A stretch of DNA of 64,000 bases from Acidimicrobiia bacterium (GCA_041635475.1 JBFKVA010000002.1:37355-101354), one strand, 5' to 3'. Counted from the stretch's first letter, positions 26,333-36,737 are shown. Notes: a model not told the origin generated them from the letters alone. Numbers and translations: made by a program.

Positions 26333-26683
26333 ATGGACATCCTCATCCCAGAAGCACTACTCGTCGGCCTGGCGGCAGGCCTGCTCCTGCGGAAAGCCGT
26401 CGGCTACCTCACGATTCCCGTCGTCGGCCTCGGCATGGGTGTGTTCTGGGCGGCACGCCACGCAGGGGACATCAGCAGCGGGACCGCGGACATCTTCGAC
26501 AACGCCGCTCCCGAACTGATCGCCGACACCGCGCTGAAGTTCGGCCTCGCCGCGGTGCAGGCGGCCCTCGCCTCCTGGGCCGCGATCGCGTCGCTCAACT
26601 ACCTCGTCGCCCGGGCCGCCAATCGACGAGCGCTCCGGGCGATCAAACCACCCGACCGTGAGACGCCTCGACGACGAGTGTGA
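26333..26683 (+). CDS. small membrane protein (116 aa), unknown function
   Basis: The ATG at 26333 has AGGAG upstream. MDILIPEALLVGLAAGLLLRKAVGYLTIPVVGLGMGVFWAARHAG is hydrophobic. The 3' end overlaps the dtd 3' end by about 41 bp (convergent). Confidence 0.55.
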   Translation: MDILIPEALLVGLAAGLLLRKAVGYLTIPVVGLGMGVFWAARHAGDISSGTADIFDNAAPELIADTALKFGLAAVQAALASWAAIASLNYLVARAANRRALRAIKPPDRETPRRRV

Positions 26684-27098
26684 CCGGGCCGTCGTTCACG
26701 AGCGACACCGCCATCATGGCCCCGAACACGCCCGAGACGACGGGCACTCGCGCCGCCTCCAGTCCCGCCCGGAAGGCCTCGACGAGCGGTTCGGCGTGGC
26801 TGGCATCAGCGGCGTCGGTGAACGAAGGGCGTCTCCCCCGGCGGACGTCACCGTAGAGGGTGAACTGGCTCACGACGAGCACCGATCCGTCGACATCCAT
26901 CACCGACCGGTTCATCCTCCCCTGCCCATCCCCGAACAACCGAAGCCCGGCCACCTTGGCCGACAGGGCACGTGCCTCGGCGGTCGTGTCGTCGTGGGTC
27001 ACCCCGACCAGACAGACGAGGCCGCGGTCGATGGACCCGACGATTTGCCCGTCGACCTCCACGGTCGCCCGCGACACCCGCTGCACCACAACCCGCAT
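26643..27098 (-). CDS. dtd: D-aminoacyl-tRNA deacylase
   Basis: MRVVVQRVSRATVEVDGQIVGSIDRGLVCLVGVTHDDT...VVSQFTLYGD...SGVFGAMMAVSLVNDGPVT is a Dtd signature including SQFTL and the GP motif. The start is the ATG at 27098. Confidence 0.85.
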   Translation of the reverse strand: MRVVVQRVSRATVEVDGQIVGSIDRGLVCLVGVTHDDTTAEARALSAKVAGLRLFGDGQGRMNRSVMDVDGSVLVVSQFTLYGDVRRGRRPSFTDAADASHAEPLVEAFRAGLEAARVPVVSGVFGAMMAVSLVNDGPVTLVVEASHGRVV

Positions 27099-27176
27099 GC
27101 CACCAGCGTAGGGGCGGCGGGTCGGTCCGCCGGATAATCCACCGCCGACCCCACCACCCCCCTCTACCCTCGCCGC

Positions 27177-28946
27177 ATGACCCTCCCCGGGGAGCGCTCG
27201 CGCCTCCGTCTCGGCCTCCTCGCACCCCACTTGCGCCCACACCTGGGGATTGCCGTCGCGTCCATGGTCATGATCGTGGTCACGGTCGGCCTCGACCTGG
27301 CCGGTCCGATCGTGCTCGCCAGGGCGATCGACGCGGCAGTCGAGCGCCGCTCCGGCTCGGACCTCATCGGAATCGCGGGTCTCTTCATCGCGGTGTCGGT
27401 CGCCGCCCAAGTGCTCTCGGCCGCCACCACCTACCTGGGGACGCGAATCGGGTGGTCGGTGGCGAACGATCTCCGCCTCGTCGCCGCCCGCCATGTCACG
27501 GCCCTCGACCTCGACTACCACACGACGACCAACCCCGGGACCCTCATCGAACGGGTGGACGGGGACATCACCTCCATCGCCCAGTTCTTCTCGAACTTCG
27601 CGGTCCGGGTGGTCTCCACGGTGCTTCTCCTCGTGGGCATCGTCACCCTCACGTTCCGGGAGCACCCGACGGCCGGGTTCACGACGCTGGGGTTCACCGT
27701 CGTCGTCGGCGCCGTCCTGCTCTCGACCCGGTCCGTGGCCATCGCCGCATCGGCCGAGCAGCGGGGGGTGGCGGCCCGTCTCTACGGCTTCATCGAGGAA
27801 CGCCTGTCGGCCATCGACGACATCCGGGCCAACGGGGCGGGACACCTCGTCATGGCCCGCTTCAAGGCAGTCATGCACGACTACTTCTCCAAGAGCCGCC
27901 GGGCCGACATGCGTCGATCGGTCATCTGGGTCACGACGATCGGCTTCTTCTCGGCGGGCTCGCTGCTGGCGCTCGTCGTGGGCACCGCACTCGTCAGGTC
28001 GGGGGCGATCACCGTCGGTACCGCGTACCTCATCTTCCAGTACATGACGAAGCTCGAAGCGCCCATCGAGGAGATCACCAACCAGATGCAGGAACTCCAG
28101 AAGGCCGCGGCCGGCCTCGGTCGCCTCACCGAGATCCTCGACATCACCCCCACCGTGGACCGCAGTGGAATCGTTCCCCTCCCCGACGGCGGACTCACCG
28201 TCGACTTCGACACCGTGACGTTCGCCTATGACGACACGATCGCGCTCCACGGGATCGACCTTCACCTGGCGGCCGGGGAGCGACTCGGACTGCTCGGCCG
28301 CACCGGTGGAGGCAAGTCGACCCTCACGAAGCTGGCGGCCCGCTTCTACGACCCGGGTGCCGGGTCGGTCCGGCTGGGGGGCATCGACCTACGCCGGGCG
28401 GAGCCCTCATCGGTACGAGCGGCCATCTCGTTCATCACCCAGGACGTCCAGCTGTTCGAGGGAACGGTCAAGGAGAACATCACGTTCTTCGACGACCAGA
28501 TCGCCGACGAACGGGTCGAGCACGCCCTGGCCGAGATCGGTCTCGGGGAATGGGCAGGCTCCCTCGAACAGGGGATCCACACCATCCTCGGCTCGGCCGG
28601 GGCCGGCATGTCGTCGGGCGAGGCCCAACTGGTGGCCCTGGCCCGTGCCTACCTCCGCCAACCCGGCCTCGTCATCCTCGACGAACCGTCATCGCGCGTC
28701 GACCCGGCCACCGAGGCGCTCATCACCGGGGCCATCGATCGCCTCACCGCGGGCCGGACGGCCATCATCATCGCCCACCGACTCGACACCGTGCGCAGCG
28801 TCGACAAGATCGCCGTCATCTCGGAGGGACGTCTCGTCGAGTTCGGACGCCGGCACGACCTTGCCGCCGATCCCTCGTCTCGCTTCGCGGCCCTGCTGGC
28901 GGCCTCGGCCGACGGGCTCCTCCCCGACGTCGAGGTACCGGCATGA
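27177..28946 (+). CDS. ABC exporter, fused permease/ATP-binding subunit
   Basis: Six TM helices are followed by an NBD with GRTGGGKSTL (Walker A), LSSGEAQLVALARA (signature) and ILDEPSS (Walker B). Confidence 0.85.
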   Translation: MTLPGERSRLRLGLLAPHLRPHLGIAVASMVMIVVTVGLDLAGPIVLARAIDAAVERRSGSDLIGIAGLFIAVSVAAQVLSAATTYLGTRIGWSVANDLRLVAARHVTALDLDYHTTTNPGTLIERVDGDITSIAQFFSNFAVRVVSTVLLLVGIVTLTFREHPTAGFTTLGFTVVVGAVLLSTRSVAIAASAEQRGVAARLYGFIEERLSAIDDIRANGAGHLVMARFKAVMHDYFSKSRRADMRRSVIWVTTIGFFSAGSLLALVVGTALVRSGAITVGTAYLIFQYMTKLEAPIEEITNQMQELQKAAAGLGRLTEILDITPTVDRSGIVPLPDGGLTVDFDTVTFAYDDTIALHGIDLHLAAGERLGLLGRTGGGKSTLTKLAARFYDPGAGSVRLGGIDLRRAEPSSVRAAISFITQDVQLFEGTVKENITFFDDQIADERVEHALAEIGLGEWAGSLEQGIHTILGSAGAGMSSGEAQLVALARAYLRQPGLVILDEPSSRVDPATEALITGAIDRLTAGRTAIIIAHRLDTVRSVDKIAVISEGRLVEFGRRHDLAADPSSRFAALLAASADGLLPDVEVPA

Positions 28947-30694
28947 ACCCCGTACGCATCGCGCTCCGGCTCCGCCGAGCATGGCCGTGGCTGCTCACCC
29001 TCAACTTCGTGATGTGGGGCGTGTTCCACGGCCTTCCGTCGCTGTTCGGCTACGCCGTCGGACTCCTCTTCGACCGCATCGCCGGCGTCGACCCGGGAGC
29101 ACCGGCCGCCGCCCTCGTGCTGTTCGGAGCGGTGATCATCGGCCGGCTCCTGTTCTTCGAAGCCGGCATCTGGGCCTTCTCGACCTACTGGTTCAGTATC
29201 ACCCTGCTCCTGAGGCGCAACTTGCTCCGCTACCTCATGGAGGCAGCCGGTGCTCGCCAACTCCCGGTCTCCACCGGCTCGGCCGTCTCCACCTTCCGTG
29301 AGGACGTCGACGACGTCGCCACCTACATGGAGAACCTGATCGACGCGACCGGGATCCTGGCGTTCGTCATGTCCGCCATGTGGGTCCTGTTCCGCATCGA
29401 CGCCCAGTTGGCGGCGATCGTGCTCATCCCGATCGGCCTCGCCCTCCTCCTCACGCAGGCGCTCTCGGGTCACATCCGACGATTTCGCAGGAAGATGCGG
29501 ACGGCCACCGAGGAGGTCACGGGGTTCCTGGGCGATCTCTTCGCCGCCGTCGAGTCCATCAAGGCGGCAGGCAAGGAGGGTCCAATGCTGGCCCACCTCG
29601 AGGAGGTGAACCGCCGACGACAGCGAGCCGCGCTCAACGACTCGGCGCTCACCGAGCTGCTCAGGACCATCAACCGCAACATGGCCAACCTGGGGATCGG
29701 GGCCATCCTGCTGGTCGGCGCAGCTGCCATCGCCGACGGCAGCCTCTCCGTTGGTGGGCTCGCCACCTTCCTCGTCTACATCCCCCGGCTCACGTCGTAC
29801 ATGGCGTGGGCAGGCGACATGGTCGCCCAGCACAACCGAACACGGGTGGCCTACGACCGAATCACGAGGCTCTCCATCGACGCCGGGCCCGACCAGCTCC
29901 TGGCCGTCGACACGCTCGACCTCCTCGGCCGGGAGGGGTCCACGAGTGGAGCCGCCTCGGTGGCGCCGTTCTCCAGCCTCGAGGTGAGGGGCTTGACCCA
30001 CCTGCATGACGCCGCCGGTTCGGGTATCGCCGACGTGGGTTTCACCGTGCCGCGTGGTTCGTTCACGGTGATCACCGGTCGGATCGGGTCGGGCAAGACC
30101 ACGTTGTTGCGGACCCTCCTGGGGCTCCTCCCGCCCCACGACGGCGAAGTCCTGTGGAATGGCGAGGCGGTGGAAGACCCGGGATCGTTCCTGATTCCGC
30201 CACGGTCGGCCTACACCCCACAGGTTCCCCGTCTCGTGTCGGAAAGCCTCTTGGAGAACATCACGATGGGACGCGACCTGTCCTCCTCCCAAGTGGAGGA
30301 CGCACTCCATCTTGCGGTGCTGGGACCCGACGTGGTCCACCTCGAACACGGGCTCGACACCGTGGTCGGTTCCCGCGGTGTACGACTCTCGGGCGGGCAG
30401 GTCCAGCGATCGGCGGCGGCCCGCATGTTCGCCACCGAGGCCGAACTCCTCGTGTTCGACGACCTCTCCTCGGCGCTCGATGTCCACACGGAGGCCTTGC
30501 TGTGGGAGCGCCTCCGCGAGCGACGCGCCGTGACCGGCCTCGTCGTATCCCCCCGGCGGCCCCCCCTCCGGCGGGCCGACCAGGTGATCCTGCTCGAGGG
30601 TGGTCGCGTGAGCGACATCGGGACCCTCGACGAGCTCCTCGACCGCTCTCCCGGCATGCGCGCGTTGTGGGAGGATGAGGAGGATGACGACTGA
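28943..30694 (+). CDS. ABC exporter, fused permease/ATP-binding subunit (partner of the previous gene)
   Basis: The ATG at 28943 overlaps the previous stop (ATGA). The TM domain is followed by GRIGSGKTTLL, LSGGQVQRSAAARM and LVFDDLSSALD. The upstream 131 aa of ORF 28550..30694 is junk. Confidence 0.85.
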   Translation: MNPVRIALRLRRAWPWLLTLNFVMWGVFHGLPSLFGYAVGLLFDRIAGVDPGAPAAALVLFGAVIIGRLLFFEAGIWAFSTYWFSITLLLRRNLLRYLMEAAGARQLPVSTGSAVSTFREDVDDVATYMENLIDATGILAFVMSAMWVLFRIDAQLAAIVLIPIGLALLLTQALSGHIRRFRRKMRTATEEVTGFLGDLFAAVESIKAAGKEGPMLAHLEEVNRRRQRAALNDSALTELLRTINRNMANLGIGAILLVGAAAIADGSLSVGGLATFLVYIPRLTSYMAWAGDMVAQHNRTRVAYDRITRLSIDAGPDQLLAVDTLDLLGREGSTSGAASVAPFSSLEVRGLTHLHDAAGSGIADVGFTVPRGSFTVITGRIGSGKTTLLRTLLGLLPPHDGEVLWNGEAVEDPGSFLIPPRSAYTPQVPRLVSESLLENITMGRDLSSSQVEDALHLAVLGPDVVHLEHGLDTVVGSRGVRLSGGQVQRSAAARMFATEAELLVFDDLSSALDVHTEALLWERLRERRAVTGLVVSPRRPPLRRADQVILLEGGRVSDIGTLDELLDRSPGMRALWEDEEDDD

Positions 30695-31265
30695 CCCAGT
30701 CCCTCGCTGCCCGTGGGTGCCCGTCGGGGACGCCCTCTACGAGGCGTACCACGACACCGAGTGGGGCGTCCCGGTCCATGACGACCACCGCCACTTCGAG
30801 AAGATCACGCTCGAAGGGGCACAGTCGGGTCTGAGCTGGAGGACGATCCTCGTGCGCCGGGAGGGGTACAGGGAGGCGTTCGCAGGCTTCGACCCGGCCG
30901 CGGTGGCGAGCTTCGGACCCGGAGACGTCGACCGACTCGTGACCGACGCTTCCATCATCCGCCACCGGGGCAAGATCGAGGCGACGGTCCACAACGCCGG
31001 TCGGTTCCTCGGGGTGCAGCACGAGTTCGGCTCGTTCGACCACTACATCTGGGGGTGGGTCGACCATCGACCCCGCATCAACCGGTTCCGGACCATCGAT
31101 GACTACCCGGCCCGGACGGACCTCTCCTCGCGGATCTCCGCCGACCTCAAGCGGCGGGGGTTCCGGTACGTGGGGCCCACGACGGTGTACTCCTACCTCC
31201 AATCGTACGGCTTGGTCATGGACCACACGACCGACTGCCACCGCCATGCCCAGCTCTCCGGCTGA
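30684..31265 (+). CDS. tag: DNA-3-methyladenine glycosylase I
   Basis: RCPWVPVGDALYEAYHDTEWGVPVHDDHRHFEKITLEGAQSGLSWRTIL and the C-terminal Zn-site residues (CHRH) are present. The start is ATG 30684 (or 30675); both follow GGAGG-rich sequence. It overlaps the ABC gene's 3' end. Confidence 0.85.
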   Translation: MTTDPVPRCPWVPVGDALYEAYHDTEWGVPVHDDHRHFEKITLEGAQSGLSWRTILVRREGYREAFAGFDPAAVASFGPGDVDRLVTDASIIRHRGKIEATVHNAGRFLGVQHEFGSFDHYIWGWVDHRPRINRFRTIDDYPARTDLSSRISADLKRRGFRYVGPTTVYSYLQSYGLVMDHTTDCHRHAQLSG

Positions 31266-32907
31266 CGGCGGCCAGCCCCTCGACGCGGGCGGGTGGTCCG
31301 GTGGACTGGCGTTCGCTCCGCGTTCCACCCCCGGGGTGGTCGTGGCAACGGCGTTCCTCTGCGCCTCCTTCGCGCCGTCCCTGCTCCCGCGTTCCTGGCT
31401 GAAGCAGGGCATCATCACCGGGGTTCTCGCCGTCATCGGCTACATACTGGGGGCTGTTGTCGGTGGCCGCCTCCGGCGCCGCCCGGGGCGTCGACTGGGG
31501 GCGGCACTGACGGTGGTCGCGCTCGTCTTCGTCGTCCTCGGGGTTGGGTGGGAGGCGGACGTCCGAGCAGCGGTCGATGCCGGCCCGCTGGCGCCGTGGG
31601 AGCCGGCAGCAGCCGTGGCCCTGGCCGTGGCCCTGGGCTGGACCTTCCTGTTCGTCGGCCGGCTGCTCATCGCCCTCACCCGTCGCCTCATCGAGTTCAT
31701 CGAGCGTTTCCTGGGGCAGCGGGCGGCCGCCGTGATCGGTACCTCCTTCGCGCTCGTGGTCGTCATCGGTCTCGTACAAGGGGTGCTCATCAACGGCACG
31801 ATCAACGCCGTCGGCTCCACCTACACGTCACTGGCCCTCGAGACCAACCCCTGGATCAGCCGGCCCACCACTCCCCTCCGCTCCGGCTCACCGGCCTCGG
31901 TGGTCCAGTGGGAGTCCCTCGGACGATTCGGCCGGGAGTTCATCGGGTCGGGACCGACCATCGACGAGATCGCAGGTTTCGGGGAGGCCGACCCGACCGA
32001 GCCGGCACGCGTCTACGTCGGGCTCCACTCCGCCCCCACGCTCGACGAACGGGTTGACCTGCTGCTCGAGGAGTTGGAGCGGGTGGGCGCGTTCGAGCGG
32101 GATCACCTCGCCGTCGTCGCCGCCACCGGGACCGGGTGGGTCGACGAAGACGTCGCCGACGCCTTCGAGTTCCTCCACGGTGGGAACACCACCATCGCGG
32201 TCATGCAGTACTCGTTCGCGCCGAGTTGGGTCGCCCACTTCACCGAGCGGGAGGCGGCGGCGGAGACCGCAACCGCCACGATCGACGCCATCACCGACCA
32301 CCTCGCGTCCCTCCCGGCGGCAGATCGCCCACATCTCACCGTGGTCGGCCAGAGCCTGGGATCCCTCGGTCTCGTCCGGGCCTTCGACGACCCCCAGGAC
32401 CTCCTCGACCGAACCGACTCGGCGCTGCTCGTCGGACCGCCCCGCACCGACCCGATCAGGGCCGAACTCGCCCGCGCCCGGAACCCGGACTCGCCGGCGT
32501 GGCGGCCCGAGGTTCCCGCGTGGCCCACCATCCGGTTCGCCATCGGGCCCGAAGACCTGGAGACGGACGGTGACGTCGAGGTCGTCTACCTCCAGTACGC
32601 ATCCGACCCGGTCGGGTCCACCGGGGTCGTGCTCCTCTTCCAGCGCCCGGAGTCATACGACCGCCCCCACGGACCCGATGTCATCGCGGCCGTCAGGTGG
32701 CTGCCGATCGTGACGTTCTTCCACTCGCTCGGGGACCTCGGGTTTGCCATGTACGCCCCGGACGGGCACGGCCACAGCTACCGGGCGGACATCGTCGACG
32801 CCCTCGTCGCCCTCGACGCCCCGGCCGACTGGACGAGCGCAGACACCCGCCGCCTCCGCGACCTCGTCGAAGCCCGCGCCGCCGAGCGGGCCGCCAGATC
32901 CGGATAG
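31246..32907 (+). CDS. membrane-anchored alpha/beta-hydrolase family protein (N-terminal multi-TM domain plus extracytoplasmic hydrolase-like domain)
   Basis: Hydrophobic N-terminal segments (GIITGVLAVIGYILGAVVG, LTVVALVFVVLGV, AAVIGTSFALVVVIGLV) are followed by a soluble domain with VVGQSLGSLG (GxSxG). The start is taken at the ATG at 31246, overlapping tag's 3' end by 20 bp (uncertain). Confidence 0.7.
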   Translation: MPSSPADGGQPLDAGGWSGGLAFAPRSTPGVVVATAFLCASFAPSLLPRSWLKQGIITGVLAVIGYILGAVVGGRLRRRPGRRLGAALTVVALVFVVLGVGWEADVRAAVDAGPLAPWEPAAAVALAVALGWTFLFVGRLLIALTRRLIEFIERFLGQRAAAVIGTSFALVVVIGLVQGVLINGTINAVGSTYTSLALETNPWISRPTTPLRSGSPASVVQWESLGRFGREFIGSGPTIDEIAGFGEADPTEPARVYVGLHSAPTLDERVDLLLEELERVGAFERDHLAVVAATGTGWVDEDVADAFEFLHGGNTTIAVMQYSFAPSWVAHFTEREAAAETATATIDAITDHLASLPAADRPHLTVVGQSLGSLGLVRAFDDPQDLLDRTDSALLVGPPRTDPIRAELARARNPDSPAWRPEVPAWPTIRFAIGPEDLETDGDVEVVYLQYASDPVGSTGVVLLFQRPESYDRPHGPDVIAAVRWLPIVTFFHSLGDLGFAMYAPDGHGHSYRADIVDALVALDAPADWTSADTRRLRDLVEARAAERAARSG

Positions 32908-32930
32908 GGTCTCGGGAACGAGGAGGCACC

Positions 32931-33392
32931 ATGTCGGCTGAAGCAAGAATCGCAGAGCTGGGACTCGAACTCCCCACCCCAACCAAGCCCATGGCCGCCT
33001 ACGTCACATTCTCCCGATCCGGGGCCTTGGCCTTCACGTCCGGCCACGGGCCGCAGCGAGCCGACGGCTCCTACGTGGTCGGGAAGCTCGGGTCCGACCT
33101 CGATGTCGACGAGGGCAGGGAGGCCGCCCGGCTCACGGCGATCGCGCTCATGGCCACCCTGCGCTCGGAGCTCGGCTCCCTCGACCGGGTGAGTCGCATC
33201 GTCAAGCTGCTCGGCATGGTCAACAGCGCGCCGGGGTTCACCCGACAACCGGCCGTCATCGACGGGGCCTCGGAACTGCTCGTCGAGGTGTTCGGTGACA
33301 AGGGAAGGCATGCCCGTTCGGCGGTTGGCGTCGCCTCCCTCCCGGTGGGCATGGCGGTCGAGATCGAACTCATCGCCGAGGTCCTCGGGTAG
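32931..33392 (+). CDS. ridA: RidA/YjgF family reactive-intermediate deaminase
   Basis: The ATG at 32931 has AGGAGG upstream. AAYVTFSRSGALAFTSGHGP...ARSAVGVASLPVGMAVEIELIAEV is a YjgF fold signature. Confidence 0.85.
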   Translation: MSAEARIAELGLELPTPTKPMAAYVTFSRSGALAFTSGHGPQRADGSYVVGKLGSDLDVDEGREAARLTAIALMATLRSELGSLDRVSRIVKLLGMVNSAPGFTRQPAVIDGASELLVEVFGDKGRHARSAVGVASLPVGMAVEIELIAEVLG

Positions 33393-33421
33393 CCGGGACG
33401 ACGAGGAAGTAGGCTCCGCCC

Positions 33422-35578
33422 ATGCCGGCCACCTGGCCCGATCTCCCCGACCCGGGGGGGCATCCGATCTTCATACTCGCCGAGACCGCCTCGGCGTTCG
33501 AGGCCGAGATCATCAGGTCGTGGGCGAAGGCCCAGAGCGTCCCCCCTGCGTCGATCCTCGAGGTCCCATCATCCCGGCGGCGATTCGGAGCGCGAGGCAT
33601 CTCGCCTCGGCTCGAGGCACGCCTCACCAGGGGGGACGATCCGTTCGTCGTCCCCGTTCGCCTGGCATGGACCGTTCCCGAGCGTGACGGACGCCGAGCC
33701 GTGCGGCCAATGGACATGATCACCTCGCTGGGTGACCCCCGTGACCCGGATCCGATCCGGCAGCGTTGGATCCATCACCGGCATCCGGAGCGGTGCGAGA
33801 TCGTGGTGGGAACGGCCGGCCTCGCCTCGGACGTCATCGCCCTGTGGCAGGCGGCGAAGGAGGCTTCACGCCTCGGGGAGTTCGTAGTCCACCGAGCATG
33901 GCTTCTGCTGGAACGGGCGGAACGTCGGCTCCGGGGCAATCGGTACAAGGTCGCTCGGTTCGTGCCCGAGGCCATCACCCGCCAGGGTGACTACCTCGAC
34001 GGGATCTCCCACCTCGCCGAGCAGGCGGATTGGCCGTTCGAACTCATCGCCGCCCGGAGCAAGCGGTACCTCAAGGAGATCGCCGCCCGCCACTCGACCC
34101 TGGCGATCGACCTCATCGCCCACCTCATCCACTGGCTCTACACCCAGGGGTACCAGGAGATCGACTACGACCGCACGGCGCTCCTGTCCGTGTACGAGTC
34201 GGCCGACCGGACGGCGCTCGTGTTCCTCCCGTCCCACAAGTCCCAGATGGACCGGCTCGTCATGCAGTACGTCCTGTGGGAGAACGATCTGCCGCCGAGC
34301 CACACGGCCGGCGGGATCAACATCAACTTCTGGCCGGTGGGCCCCCTGGTCCGGCGGTCGGGGGTGTTCTTCATCCGCCGGTCGTTCAAGGACAACGAGC
34401 CGTACAAGTTCGCCCTCAAGTCCTACCTCAAGTACCTCCTCTCCCGGCGGTTCCCCATCGAGTGGTTCCTGGAGGGAGGACGTTCTCGCACCGGCAAGCT
34501 CCGCTCCCCCTCCTACGGGATGCTCAGCTACATCCTGACCGCGTTCCGCGACGGGGCCACGGAGTCGATGAAGCTCGTTCCCATCTCGATCAGCTACGAC
34601 CAGCTCTTCGACGTCGGGGACTACGCCACCGAGTCCCGAGGCGGCACCAAACAGGGTGAGAGCGTGGGGTACGTCATGGCCGCGGTCCGGCGGCTTCGTC
34701 GCCGCCACGGCAACGTGTACATCCGGCTCGGTGACCCCATCGAACTGGAAAGGGACGCTGCCACCGACATGACCGAGGAGAGCCTCGACGTGGCCAAGCT
34801 GGCGTTCGAGGTGATGCACCGGATCAACCTCGTCACCCCCATCACTCCAACTGCCCTCGCCAGCCTCCTCCTCCTCGACGATCCCTCGCCCACCGACCCC
34901 GAGACACTCGCCGAACGAGCCAAGCCCCTCATCCGCCACATCGGCCGGCGAGGGTTCCCGGTGTCGGCCCCGCTCGGGCGCCCGTCGGACATGGCGACCG
35001 TGCTCCAGCGATTCCGAGAACACGACATCGTCACGGCAACCGGGCCCGGGGTGGCTCCTGTCCCCGGCCAGGAACTGGCCCTCGCGTTCTACAAGAACAC
35101 GATGATCCACCACTTCTTGCCGTGTGCCATCGCCCAGATGGCCGACGCGCTCCCCGAGGACACATCGAGTGTGGCCGCCGAGCTGAGGGACCTCCTCAAG
35201 TTCGACTTCTTCTTCGCGGAGCGGGACAGCTTCCTCGACGAGATAGCCGAGGTCGACCTGGCCGCCCTCGACGACTGGTACCCGCGGCTCGTACTCCTCC
35301 CGTTCCTCGAGGCGTACTACGCGGCGGCAGTTGCGGCGTCCGGCAACGCCCGGGTCAACGAGCGCGACGCCCTCGAACGGGCAAGTGCGATGCTCGAGAC
35401 GGGGACCCTCGTGCGACCCGAGGCGGTGTCCCTCCCGATGATGTCAACGGGCCTCCAGCTCATCGATCACCTCGACCTTCGTGAGGACCGAGAGCGCCTG
35501 GCAACCCATGCCGACCGGCTACGTGCGCTCATCCACGTGGCTCACCGACACCATCTCCTCGTCCCCAGCGAGCTGTGA
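33422..35578 (+). CDS. plsB: glycerol-3-phosphate 1-O-acyltransferase
   Basis: PSHKSQMDRLVMQYVL (HxxxxD acyltransferase motif) and FFIRRSFKDNEPYKFALKSYLKYLLSRRFPIEWFLEGGRSRTGKL (PlsB motifs II-III) are present, and the length is about 718 aa. Confidence 0.85.
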   Translation: MPATWPDLPDPGGHPIFILAETASAFEAEIIRSWAKAQSVPPASILEVPSSRRRFGARGISPRLEARLTRGDDPFVVPVRLAWTVPERDGRRAVRPMDMITSLGDPRDPDPIRQRWIHHRHPERCEIVVGTAGLASDVIALWQAAKEASRLGEFVVHRAWLLLERAERRLRGNRYKVARFVPEAITRQGDYLDGISHLAEQADWPFELIAARSKRYLKEIAARHSTLAIDLIAHLIHWLYTQGYQEIDYDRTALLSVYESADRTALVFLPSHKSQMDRLVMQYVLWENDLPPSHTAGGININFWPVGPLVRRSGVFFIRRSFKDNEPYKFALKSYLKYLLSRRFPIEWFLEGGRSRTGKLRSPSYGMLSYILTAFRDGATESMKLVPISISYDQLFDVGDYATESRGGTKQGESVGYVMAAVRRLRRRHGNVYIRLGDPIELERDAATDMTEESLDVAKLAFEVMHRINLVTPITPTALASLLLLDDPSPTDPETLAERAKPLIRHIGRRGFPVSAPLGRPSDMATVLQRFREHDIVTATGPGVAPVPGQELALAFYKNTMIHHFLPCAIAQMADALPEDTSSVAAELRDLLKFDFFFAERDSFLDEIAEVDLAALDDWYPRLVLLPFLEAYYAAAVAASGNARVNERDALERASAMLETGTLVRPEAVSLPMMSTGLQLIDHLDLREDRERLATHADRLRALIHVAHRHHLLVPSEL

Positions 35579-35588
35579 CCCACGCCCG

Positions 35589-36737
35589 TCAGTGCGTGAT
35601 CGCCCTCCGGTAGGCCCATGTGGCCACGGCCAGGAGCCCCACGGCGATGGCGGCCAGCACTCCGATCTCGTCGGTCACGTCGGCGATGGTCCCGTCGGTG
35701 AACAGCAGGTCGCGGAACCCGCGCAAGGCCCAGTAGTGGGGGGTGAACCGGGCGATTCGCTGCACGGTGTCGGGGAAGAGCTCGTAGGGGAGCATTGATC
35801 CCCCGAGCGCACCGAGCCCGATGCCCAGCATCACCCCGACGCCCCCTGCCTGCTGATCGTTCTGGAGGAGGGACCCGAGCAGGATCCCGGCTGCAGTCGA
35901 GACGAGCGCGAAGACGCCGATGACGGCCGCCGAGCCGAGTGGATCACCCCAATCGACGCCGAACATGAAGGCCGTGGCGAGGATGATGAACAGTGCCTGC
36001 ACGAGTGCGACCGCATATCGCCCCAGCGTCTCGCCAGACACGATGACCCCCACCGGTGTCGGGGAGACGAGCATCCTCGAGGAGACCCCCAGCTTCCGGG
36101 TGAGGATGAGGTGCCCTGACGTCGAGAGCGACGTGAGGAACGTGAAGAGCACGACCTGGCTCGATGCCCCGAAGTCGAACTGCTCGATCTCGCCCTCGAA
36201 GAGCGGCTCACCGCCCCGGCTGACTGCCACGTCGACGACCTCCACGTGGTCCGTGACGAGTCCGATCAGCGCCGACGCCTCGGCCGCCCCCATCCCGCCG
36301 ACGTCGGCGACGTAACGGGCGGCTCGCAACTCGGCAGACATGTCGACCGCAGCGGCCTGGACGGCGGAGCGAAGCTCCAGCCCGAAACCCTCGCGGGAGA
36401 TGAAGGTCACCTGCGTCGGACGATCGGATGCCACCGGGTCGGTGTCCTCGATGACGATCCCTGCCTCCACCTGTCGGAGCTCGACGGCGTCGAGGAGTTC
36501 GTCCGCCGATCCGTACTCGCGTATCCCGAAGCCATCGGAGGACACCGCATCGACCACGACCTGTCCGACCGGGGTTCCGGATCCCACGACGCCGAGTGTC
36601 GGGGCCGAGCCGGCGCCGAACTGCAGGCCGATGAACATGATGATGAGGATCGGGAAGATGAAGACGAAGAAGACATTCTCTTTCTCTCGCAGGAAGCGGC
36701 GGAGTCCGGTCGCGGCGATCGTGAGCACCTTCATCAC
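35589..36737 (-). CDS. ABC-2 type transporter permease
   Basis: Six TM segments with an N-terminal cytoplasmic hairpin and a large extracytoplasmic loop, typical of ABC-2. It overlaps the next permease by 4 bp. Confidence 0.8.
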   Translation of the reverse strand: MMKVLTIAATGLRRFLREKENVFFVFIFPILIIMFIGLQFGAGSAPTLGVVGSGTPVGQVVVDAVSSDGFGIREYGSADELLDAVELRQVEAGIVIEDTDPVASDRPTQVTFISREGFGLELRSAVQAAAVDMSAELRAARYVADVGGMGAAEASALIGLVTDHVEVVDVAVSRGGEPLFEGEIEQFDFGASSQVVLFTFLTSLSTSGHLILTRKLGVSSRMLVSPTPVGVIVSGETLGRYAVALVQALFIILATAFMFGVDWGDPLGSAAVIGVFALVSTAAGILLGSLLQNDQQAGGVGVMLGIGLGALGGSMLPYELFPDTVQRIARFTPHYWALRGFRDLLFTDGTIADVTDEIGVLAAIAVGLLAVATWAYRRAITH

